The translations under genes were made by a program, and so were the position numbers. The notes below the pieces were generated by a model. That model worked only from the letters and a program-made list of their open reading frames with translations. It did not search any database and had not been told where the DNA came from. DNA of 64,000 nucleotides from Amoebidium appalachense (Eukaryota; Protista; Ichthyosporea). The stretch spans positions 14,990,418 to 15,054,417 of the forward strand of contig CAVNZM010000001.1 in assembly GCA_963693365.1 (NCBI GenBank), read 5' to 3'. Position 1 is the stretch's first letter. Each line of letters opens with the position of its first letter. Of the stretch, positions 1 through 42,333 are shown one piece after another.

Positions 1-14309
<14,309 letters not shown>

Positions 14310-15196
14310 AGACTCTCACGTCACTCCGCCCCCGATGAAACCCAATTCCCTTGACTATGTGCACACACACACACGGGTGTATGCACGTGCAGATACAGAA
14401 ATTATCTTTGTGACACACACCCACACACACTAGACACGCACACACGCACGCGCGCGCGCACACACACACCTTTACTACAGGTAAGCCATGCATGCATGCA
14501 TGTCATGTGATGTGTCTTTATGTGAATGATTCCTGTTGCTTGTAGGAATATATAACGACCATCTCATAGCACATATGACATGGTTCTTTTCGGCAGAAAT
14601 GACCGTAAACCATTCGAACCCGATAACTACATTATGCTAGGGTTTGTGTTTGATGCATGAAGGCAGATCAGGTGTTTAGCCTTATCATTCTCTTACGATA
14701 TTTCATTCAACCCTTTCTATGACAACCCTTGGCGGCATTGCAGACCGTGTGGTGGCAGAGTGTATTTAGGATCCCTTAAATGTCTCTCTTCATGATCGAA
14801 CAAGTCTTCATTTCCTAAGAGTGTATATGTTTGGCGTTTTGTTTGTTGCCTAAATGTAAAAGTTTCGTACCATATGTAGGCAAGACGAGTCGCTATCTGT
14901 AGTAATACTGACTTGGAAATGGAGACTGAATTAACCGCGATGGTATTAGATATTGTGGGACATTGCACCATTATAATTAATATTACGGTGCCAAAACAGT
15001 ACGGACATTACGGCGGCGTCTTGAGCCTAACCCAAACACTGTAGCATTGACGTGTGTCTTTAATTCATTGACGAGGGCTCAGGTCTATTCAATAATTATC
15101 TTGAACTCGGATGTTTGCTGTTTCGAACTTTATGGCTCGAATGATATAAAGCACACGTGCACTCTAGCAGCTGCTAGGTACCGTGCTGCAAATAAC

Positions 15197-15230
<34 letters not shown>

Positions 15231-15322
15231 CAACAACAAAAAAAAAAAAAAAAAAAGGACCCTGTTTGAAACATAAGACTTAACACATACACACACCTTT
15301 CTCTTTCGCACGTGTGCCCACG

Positions 15323-15368
<46 letters not shown>

Positions 15369-15838
15369 AACGCTGGGCGCGCACACACACTGCCAAGCGT
15401 TACACGTAGCCTAGTTCAGCGGTGGTTGGGCCACATTCATGCAATAAGGGACGTTGATGTTAACATTTGCGGTTTTTATTCTCCATATAAATTACTTTCG
15501 TTTTTTGCCTTTCAGAAAGTATATACCAGCGGCAAGTTGAAAACTAATTTTGTTGTAGGGTCAAAACACTTAAAAACAGTATAAAAAATAAAATTCTAAC
15601 ATCCTTGCAACAGTATAAAAAATAAAAATCTAACATCCTTGCAACTGTCAACTATTTTTGTCTTTTCTTTCCGCACAAGTCATTCGCACCATAGCACCAC
15701 ACGGTAAAGTAAATTCGTCATACATTCATAACAGGTATGTAAACTAATATGCACAAAGAATGCTTTGCAGTTCTTCCTGTATTCCTAGTTGCACAAAGAT
15801 CTTAATACACGGCAGCATTTTCGGTATTCATTTGCATT

Positions 15839-17853
15839 TTAGATACCCAGGCCAACCGTTACCGCACGTGGTGAACCCCACATCAAATCATCGCGTCCGC
15901 GTGCCCCTGAAAGATCCCCATCCACCCCGACCAGCGGGGACAAAAATGCAACATTGTCATTCGCATCGTTATTTGTCTGCATCAGGTTCAACTGGCTCGG
16001 AAAAAACGTCCGTGGTGCGGCAGATTTAAACGAAAACTCATCCATGTCCATAGAATCTTGCATGGATGCCTGGCTCTGTTGCATGCGCAGATCTCCCTCG
16101 CTAACTGCGCGCCCGCGCACTGCAAGGATTGGCGGCGGGTTCAAGTTCTTTCCGGGGAATCGCTCTTTTGATTGGGACATCCTTCTCGCCCTCACCTCGA
16201 CATTCGAAGAGCATCGTGACAAGGTCATCTTTACCCCTAGAGATGCAAATGCAGCTTGCATGACTTTCTTGAGGTTGGGTGTTGTTGGGCGTTGCCTTGG
16301 GTCGATGCGAAGGGTGCTTGCAAGAAGTGCAGTTGACAATTGCGAAAGCTGCAAGTCCTCCCATGGCACATTGACCCCCGCGACGTAATGTTGGAACTCG
16401 GGGCATGTAGGGGAGGCCATTTCCCATGGGTAGTCGCCTGTTAGCAGTTGGTACAAAACGCACCCTGCACCCCACACATCCACCGCTTTCCAATCGATGG
16501 TGGTTGGGCGTTGACCTTGGAGATAGGCGGAAACGAGCTCAGGGGCAAGACCCTGGATACTGCCTGCAAACGATGATGTGTCTTGATCATGGGTGAAGCA
16601 GGCAAAGCCGAAATCGATGAGGAATAGCTGGCGGCCTGACTTGTCTAGGCACAGGTTTTCTGTTGGGCAAGGGGGGCTGGATTAGTGACGGGTCTCTAGA
16701 TGCAACGTGCGTACTGTGGATCTGTGATTAGGGAAGAGCAGAGGGGCAAGAAAGGTTTTTGCTATACTTTTTATTTTGCATTCTCCTTGCTTTCCCATTA
16801 GCGCAGATGATCATCGGGGACGTGCACATACCATCGGCATATCACACACACACAAAACCCAGATCCACCCGCATACAACACACACATGGACACCCACTCA
16901 CCTAGCTTGATGTCTCTGTGCACAACCTCATTCTCGTGCAAGTAGTCCAATGCATCTAACAGTTGGCTGAAGTATGTCAGTGCCTCGGCCTCCAGATACC
17001 CACTTGAGGGTGGCATACGGTCAAGAAGGTCCCCACCAGAACAGTGGTCTGCAGAGCAAAGAATGGTTAGATCTGGCTGTAGATGCTGTAAGGATCCAAT
17101 CTAAAGTGGGGAAGAACTCGTTGTAACAAGTGCTGTGACCACGACAGTGTGCCTTCACGGACAGAATGTGACGCCGGGTCAGGGCAGTGGGATCTGTCGG
17201 GAAAGGAAGTGCTTAGACGCCGTGGATCACAGGAGAGAAGGGATGGCATGGATGAGCGACTTAGCAGCCGGGTGGTTTTGTGGGTGGCCGAGAGGGTGGG
17301 GGGGCTGGGGGGAAAAAGGGGCTTACCAAGGACAAGGATAGTGTGGCTGGGGAGCTGTATGACGTCATGTATGCGGGTCACGTTGGGGTGGTTGAGGCGC
17401 AGCTGGGTGCGGAGCTCACAGCGCAGGGCTGGCTCGGTCTCTGCTTTCCTCTCCACTACCTGCATGGGTGGATGTGTCGTGTTAGAAGCTACACTTTTTT
17501 CTTTTTGTTTAGGTAACATCTATCGTGGGGTTAGAAGGCCCACTGCCGCCATTTCTTTTTCCAATCATTGTGTTTTTCCGACGAATATCAACCCCCCTAC
17601 AAACCCGCCTTCAAGCAACACAAGCTTTACTTCCCCATGCCCACCTGTTTACATTTCCCTCCAAAAAGGGGACACCAAAAAAGGGGCACGAAGGAATAAT
17701 ATCTCTTTTTGAACGATTGCATCATATGACTAATGTTTCTGCAGAAGATATTACCTTGAAAGCATATTCGTTGCCATTTTCGTTGTTCTTTCCGTGGAAC
17801 ACGGTGGCAGTCGAGCCTTTGTTGATAACCTTCGATATTTGGTACTTCTGCAT
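15839..17853 (-). CDS. Ser/Thr protein kinase (CAMK-like group), 4 exons
   Basis: Exons 17853-17755, 17459-17327, 17048-16902 and 16659-15839, with GT-AG boundaries and matching phases. Motifs: KGSTATV, YAFK, HPNV, HRDIKLEN, DFG, APE, DVWGAG. The start codon could lie further upstream. Confidence 0.92.
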
Positions 17854-20061
17854 TTTCGCGCTCTGCCCAAGATCACCGGCTTTTGTGAAGGTCACGCAAT
17901 TCAGCAAAAAGCCTCAGAATACTGGGCGTGTTTTGTCCCTGTGACGGGTAGATAAATAGGGAACATAAAACAGGGACACAAACGTTAACAGCTGATGAGA
18001 CAAGTGCCTGCGTGTACTGGAAGCTACGGTAGATGATGGTGCCCGAGCGATTCAGATTGTCGGTGATGGAATGTAACGAGGCGCTCAAACCATCAATTTG
18101 GAGCGATGCAAATCGGTATGAGCACCAACATGACAGGAGCATCAGTTCGCGTTTGCGTTCAGGCTTTTCGTCGCAATGACTACCAATGTCTTGTTTTCCA
18201 AATCGTCAATTTTTATATCAAATGTCGTGTTTTCATTACTTCATCGACACTATCAGTGCATGTTTCGCGGAGGATCTCATTTGTTGGTGAAGCAATTACA
18301 TGAAGATTGTGATGAACGTTGAATAGCCAATAAGCATACGGACTAGGCTTCGATTGGTCAAAGGTCATGTCTATAGAACTTAAAAAGATTTGTGGAATGT
18401 GGAGCAGCCGCTGGAATGCCCAACGGTTAACTGTTTGGAATGTGCGGCTAATACTGCATACTGTGACAGGTTAAAATGGCAGAGTACGAGCCAAAACATT
18501 GGCTTATCTATTTGGTTTCATAATAGATATTCATAAATATTCCAGTGCTATGATTAATAAAAATAGGTTGGCTCTTTGTTTTAGAAGGACGGTGAAAATG
18601 CATCATACATCATTTATAGAAAAACTGCCTCCGAATACCTCAAAGACATACCGATCATGCCATGCTCGATAAACATCTCAGGTATGAATACCTGTGAAAT
18701 AGCTTGCCCAACTTGTGAATTCTTCTCTCGTGACACATTCTATTGCGGTGCATGAACTGCCCTACCGTAACTGCATATTCAACCCGAAATGCTACGTTCT
18801 TTAACCAAGATCCATTCTACACCCACGCATCCCATGAGCATGACACGTGTACACAACATTACAGACACATGTCCCAATAATAAGTTCCGAGGCTATGACA
18901 TAATGATCGCCAAAAAAATACAGTACCCGTATGGATACCGTCCTTACGCGTGTTACACTATCAAATATTTTTGCAATAGTATTCGCTACGGAATAATAAA
19001 AGCCGGACGGATGATGCCATGAACATGTTATGTCTCGGATCAATCCTACTTGAGTTATGTATGTCAAGCAATACTCATGACTGTACCACATGCATGTGGT
19101 GTTTATGTCAGCCCTAGTTGATGATTCAGAAATAGAGACCTTTGAGTTTACGTTGCGGGCACACTCGAAGAGCGCTAGTAATTACTCCGGGCCACGGTGA
19201 CCACGACCAGCACATCAGTGGCATACATGTTCGAGGACCTCAGGCTGATGATCAGCTGACTCGAGAGCTCAGCTCTCGAGCATGATATTAGCACTCGCCT
19301 CGGCCATGATCACCTGAGGCGTCACAGTCTGGTGTCTGAGCCCCGAGGGCACAACGCCCCAGCCAGACAGCGTGTGCATGCACGTGTTAAACTGTGTACA
19401 AATATTAGTACTTCAATTGTGCATTTGTGTGAAAGTGAGTACGTACTGTATACTAGCACACTAGTAATTGTATTATTATTCTGTAGTAAAAACCCGAGCG
19501 ACTATCCCCTGCATTCTATTCAAGAGAGAGATCTTCATTTTTCTGACAGTAACACTGACAATATTTTATTAATAATTATAAGTACTTGTACTGACTACTA
19601 GTGCTTGTAGGATGGGACTGTTCATTATCATAAATCGTGAATAGCAGCTGACCAGACACCACTTGCAGGTCCTGACCGATGTCAAGATGTTTTCGACAAA
19701 TATTTGAAACAAACCTCGAGCTCGTGTTTGTGTGTACACGCTGCCTGCTGTGTGTGATTTAGTGCACGGTGTGCACATCAGGGTGGTAAATTTAACGCCG
19801 TTACTACAGAAGGTGTTGTGAACTCAAAATTGAATGATAATCCATGTCATTACATGAATTTGTCTCAAACAAACAGCATCGTGTCAGGTCTCAGGCTCTC
19901 AGCATGCGCATCATGGATAGAAATCAAAAGAAGGCCTCGGTTATAGAGATGGTGTGTTCAGCCACCGTCGACCACGTATACACGTTGCACAAGGTTTCAT
20001 TTTATTATATTGATATAATGATACATTCATTGGATTGTAAAGCATCAGCAGTTGCTAGTGG

Positions 20062-20101
<40 letters not shown>

Positions 20102-20424
20102 ATACTATTCAACAACAACAGTGTTAAACGCATTTTTCGTGCATACACGTGGCACCGGCAGTGCACGGTTCATCGTTGACTCATATTCAAATCATATCCA
20201 AAACTTTTTCGAATCTTCAGAAATTTTTTAACTCGAAAGATTGGTGTCTTTCTATTTCCAGATATCGCATGCCGGCAATCATTTCTTGATGTGCGGCATG
20301 ATTCAACATGAACATAGAAACCGTTTGAATCGAGGCCATTGACCAAAAAAAATAATTAAAAAAAGGCAAATCGAAAGAGACGGACATACGGAGGGGAAGG
20401 AGGAGGAGGAGGAGGAGGAGAAGG

Positions 20425-20480
<56 letters not shown>

Positions 20481-20580
20481 GTGTAGGGAGGAAGACTTTG
20501 GGGAAAAAAAGATGAAGAGGGAGGGGAAAAAAATCAAAGGGTATACGTCACAATAGGCGGTTAGTAGCTGCCGGGGGCAC

Positions 20581-37841
<17,261 letters not shown>

Positions 37842-38697
37842 CTTCGCTGCTTTTTTCTTCCCCACTAATTGTAACTCCACCTCGGCAAAGCTTCTACCAG
37901 CAAGATAAAAATTCCCCTTTATCCCCGTATGTAAGCCTACACTTGTACGTACGTACACATATGCACGTTATGCTTGATTAGCTTTGACCTCTCCCCTGTA
38001 CAACAATAGCATGGCATGTGCGTGCACGCGTGTTCATGCGAGCTTGCATTAGGGTGGGAGTGCTTTTAGGGCCGTCCATTTTATTCACTCAGAAGTCATT
38101 TTAGTTTGCTTTTCTCAGACGTGGGAGAAAACGTGACAGGTGTGCGTGGGAAAAAGAGTGGGGGGGCTGTGAGAAAAACACGATAGCGGGCAACCGTGCG
38201 CTGTTTGCAGCTTTCGGGCTTTTCTTTTGAAACTTTGGACTTGGAAGTTGGCGCTGCATTCCTACGGAGCTATACGGGTAGGTAATTGGTGAAATGTCAT
38301 GAGACTGTTTGATCGGTGCTAAGGAAGCCAATCACGCTGGACCGCTTGTTTACATAGCTTTATTTGACTACTTTTAGAGTGCTCTAATTCGCTTGTGGTT
38401 TACGCAAAAGCAAAGCTACAAGTTTGGTCCGAACCGGTACCAAGGCCTCCTAAATAGCACACCTTAAAAAAAAAAACGGTCACCACACGGGTATTGACTC
38501 TTTTTTTGGGAATGACCGTGATTTATGAACAAGGCACAAGCACATGCAAAGTAAACTTGTGTCTGTGGAGGCACCTGAGACTCAAAAGTTGCGCTTATTA
38601 CAGCTTGTGTACATGTTCATTCATTGTGACAGGATTTTTCATGGACGCCCACACAGATTGATGCATATCCACGCACACGCACACAAAGGGAGGGTGC

Positions 38698-38794
<97 letters not shown>

Positions 38795-38885
38795 CATGTG
38801 TGTCTGTGTAGATGTGTTTGTGCGTGTGTGTGTGTGCGTGTGTGTGTGTGTGTGTGCGTGTGCGTGTGTGTGTGTGTGTGTGTAG

Positions 38886-38931
<46 letters not shown>

Positions 38932-38944
38932 GTTCGTGCGTTCA

Positions 38945-38981
<37 letters not shown>

Positions 38982-40845
38982 CACTTGAGGAAAGGGGGAG
39001 GAGGGGGTGGAACATGGCCACGGTTTTCATCGACCAGTCCAGAACGTGGTGACATCATGCTTTGCAGTGGGTGAGTGTTGTAAAAAGATGTGACAACCAG
39101 AATTGCACTCCTCCTGTGTTCTACGGCGGCAATATTGTTGTTTCTTGCTCTCTTTTCCCGAAAGTCCGTGTGTGAAGAGAGGGAATTCCAAGCCAGCTTT
39201 GGTGCATCCTACACTTAGCTGGGACATGTTTAATATCACTTCTAAAAGTCCGTGTGTGAAAAAGGGGGGTTCCAAGCCAGTTTTGGTGCATAAATTCGGG
39301 AGAAATTGCCCATTTATTGTTAATCTGTGACTGTCTACTCATGTTTCGTGTGAGGAAGGGATCCTGAACCCAAAACGGATGAGATTCTTTACGCTCACTG
39401 CACCGTGTCCATGAGGTTAATGTAATGGGTTGCTTCCCAATTAAAGGGACTGCATTTGTTGATCTATATGGCCCAAACCTGTTGCAGCAGGGGGCATATA
39501 ACGAAAACGGCAATATAACCATCCACCGATTGGACAGACGCTCACATTCGTATGCTCAGGTCTGGTGTCATTTCGGATGAAATTCACAATATGAGTGAAT
39601 AGGCAAGCCCCATGGCCGTTGAAAATGTTGGTCACTCCACCACGACGGCAACGTTGACCAATAGCACTTTTAAGTTCTCAGCCTGTCGGTTGATGTTGAC
39701 TATTGGTTCTGCGAATGGAACACGCCGATGCCGGAGGGGGGAGGGGAAGGGGGAGGGTGGGAGGGGAGGGGGGAGGGAAGGGGGGAGGGGGGAGGGATAG
39801 GACCAACTCCGTAAATTAAAGAGTGACTACAACAGGACTTGGCTCAAAACACATGGCACTCAGCCCACGCACAAATCCCACAAAGTGACTGTAACCAACC
39901 TTCTAAATACTCATCGGAAGAAGCATCCGACCCCTCCACCCCCCCCCCCCTCCCCCCTTTCCCCTCCCCCCACACACACACCACCTCCACCTCCACCATT
40001 ACCAAAAAAAAAAAAATGTCCCACCCTCCCCACCCCTCAGTATGCTGGATTCCCCCCCCCCTCCGCCCCCCACCCCCCCCACCCCACCCCACCCCCATCC
40101 CAACCAACTAACCCCCACCCCCAAACAGTGGGCTGGCTTCAAAAAAAATCTCCTAGCCCAACCCCGTACAGGTTTCAGTCCTTCGGGGGATGTGTGTGTC
40201 TGTGTGTAAAGTTTTTGTACGTGTGTGTCTGTGTGTGAAGTTTTTGTGTGCACGCGCTAAATGGGCTCGGATTTTCCGGTTCTTTGGGGATATGTGTGTC
40301 TGTCAGTCTGACACGTGTGTGTGTGCACGCGCTCAATGTTAGTGTTGCGCCAGAAGGTGTTGAAGGTGTATGGAATTCCCCCTCCCCTCCCCCCGGATAC
40401 TAGGAGGGTGCCCGTGTGTGTGTGTGTGTGCTCGAGTGCACAATTAAGTATCACGGTGGGTGGGTGGATGGGTGTGGGTGATTGGTTGGGGGGTGGGGGG
40501 GGGGGGGGGGGGGGGGAGGGGAGCGAGGTATGCATGTGATGCTCAGAGCTTTAAACCTCATTCAAACAAGCTTGCGCTGTGTTCCAATGTGTTCCAAAAA
40601 TTGCTGAACAAGGCGCAACTCTTGTCGAGGGATTATCCCTGTATTGAAATGGCAAACCCACTGAGTTGCCTTACTAAATTCATAATGATTCAGCTAACCG
40701 AGTAACAGTTGCCAATCGTTCTGAACGATGTTCGAGAGATCTCGGGAATCAAGGCCATGCAAAATACAATCCCTAATTAAATCTATAGTATTGTCCTTCA
40801 TAAGCGCGTACATTCTCAAAACTTATTACAGTTCTGATCATAAAC

Positions 40846-41964
40846 TTACAAGTTGGGGGGTGTCTTGGTCGGGTCACCCTGAACCAGCACACACTTTAGC
40901 AGGCACTTCAATAGCGCTGCAACCTCCCCATCCACAATCTCTGTCTGCGACACATTCAGCGACTTGAGCGCCAAGCAGGTCTCCAGTGGCTTCACGTGTT
41001 TAACCGGTGTGTATGCAAGATCCAAAAAGGCCAAATTCTCCAGCTTCCCGAGTGGGGTAACATCATCAACCATGGTGCGGCACAGGTTCATGCGTGAGAG
41101 CTTTGGGCAGAAAGCGGCGAATTCAACGTTGGAAACCGGGGCACCTGTCAACTCAACATCTCGCAGCTCGGAGCAGGCCGCAAGAGGAGACAGATCGTCA
41201 ATCATTGTGCCCTCGGCCCAGAAAACACACAACCTGGAACACTTGGCAAGGGCCTCGACGTCGCGGATGGGGGTCAGTGTGATGTTGACTTTTTGTAGGT
41301 TCTTGCAGTGGTGGAGGGGTGTAACGTCCACAATCTCCGTCACCTCAGCGTGCAACGTTTCAAGCGAGACACACCCAGAGAGGGGAGTGATGTCGCTTAT
41401 TTGTGTACGGTTAACCTTGAGGGTGCGTAGCTCCTTGCACTCCCCTAAAGGTCGTAGGTCCTTCACCTTGGTGCTGCTGATGTCGAGCGTGCGCAGGCGA
41501 CTGCACGAAGCAACCGCCGTTATGTCCGTAACGGGGGTGCCGAGAAGGTTGAGGGTTTCAAGGTAGTGGCAGGCAGCCAGACCAGAAACGTCCAAAATTC
41601 CGGAGAAGTTTAGATCCAAGTGTCTGACACGGCTGCAAAGCGCCAGTGCCATGGGATCAGCACGTGCTGTGAAGCGCATATTCCACAAGCGTGGCCAGCT
41701 GCTGACAATGCGCTCCACTATCTCGGGTGTGATTGTTCTGCTTGTCCTTGGTTTCCTAATAGCAACTGAACGCTCAACACCAGTGCGTTTTGCGGCTTCG
41801 TTCCAGCGTTTACAGACCAAGCTCGCATTCCTCACCAATGTGCCTACTGACGTGTGGCTCAGGATGAGAACAAGAACCTCTAATGGGAGGTCGTTGATAG
41901 TTAGTGTTCTCCCCATCTTTTTGTGTTTTTTTGTCAGACTAACACTTCTTACACTCGTAACCAT
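40846..41964 (-). CDS. F-box + leucine-rich-repeat protein, intronless
   Basis: N-terminal F-box INDLPLEVLVLILSH...LVRNASLVCKRWNE, followed by about 11 22-aa LRRs of the type LxxLxLxxTxVxDlxpLxxCxx. Two in-frame ATGs are possible (MVTS..., MGRT...). Confidence 0.92.
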   Translation of the reverse strand: MVTSVRSVSLTKKHKKMGRTLTINDLPLEVLVLILSHTSVGTLVRNASLVCKRWNEAAKRTGVERSVAIRKPRTSRTITPEIVERIVSSWPRLWNMRFTARADPMALALCSRVRHLDLNFSGILDVSGLAACHYLETLNLLGTPVTDITAVASCSRLRTLDISSTKVKDLRPLGECKELRTLKVNRTQISDITPLSGCVSLETLHAEVTEIVDVTPLHHCKNLQKVNITLTPIRDVEALAKCSRLCVFWAEGTMIDDLSPLAACSELRDVELTGAPVSNVEFAAFCPKLSRMNLCRTMVDDVTPLGKLENLAFLDLAYTPVKHVKPLETCLALKSLNVSQTEIVDGEVAALLKCLLKCVLVQGDPTKTPPNL

Positions 41965-42113
41965 TTGAGTTCCTTCGTAAAGATCTTTCTTGGGTTGCTT
42001 TTCAGGTGAACAACATTTCTTTTGTACAAGTTGTTATGAGTCATGAGTTTGTCAGCATGAAAGGCATTTATATATGGTGCGGCAACTAGCCAAGGGACCA
42101 GAGTTTGTGATTG

Positions 42114-42186
42114 GATTTCGTAGCTCAGTTGGTAGAGCACTCGACCGGAGATAGAGGGGTCGCGGGTTCAAATCCCGTCGGGATCA
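42114..42186 (+). tRNA. tRNA-like element (73 nt; nominal anticodon GGA, short variable loop); probably a non-translating tRNA-derived head of the retroelement
   Basis: Cloverleaf: acceptor GATTTCG/CGGGATC; D arm GCTC/GAGC; anticodon arm CTCGA/TAGAG (one G-A mismatch) with loop CCGGAGA (C at 33); T arm GCGGG/CCCGT with TTCAAAT. Box A at 42121-42132, box B at 42165-42175, T5 at 42189-42193. Confidence 0.8.
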
Positions 42187-42333
42187 TCTTTTTCTCATCC
42201 TCTTCTCGCTGGGGTAAAAGCCAGCACGCCTTTACTGGCGTCATCACAACCATCGGCAGTGGTTAGGTTGTGATCTCAAGGCTAGCAAGATCGCTAGTCT
42301 CTGCACCAGGACAAAAAATCCCGGCTTGCTAGT

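Noticed and set aside
15576-15643. Short local tandem duplications (also 2352-2466, 3525-3625, 59539-59580)
   Set aside because: Ordinary slippage-type duplications with no further structure.
39160-39292. 84-bp tandem duplication suggesting C2H2 zinc-finger repeats
   Set aside because: No frame gives a CxxC...HxxxH pattern.
40964-41566. Antisense ORFs over the F-box, RT, kinase and orphan genes
   Set aside because: They are shadow frames of real coding sequences on the opposite strand.
42114-42186. Functional tRNA-Ser(GGA) or a codon-reassignment tRNA
   Set aside because: No long variable arm, C33, an anticodon-stem mismatch, and a position inside the TSD. Host genes translate normally with the standard code.
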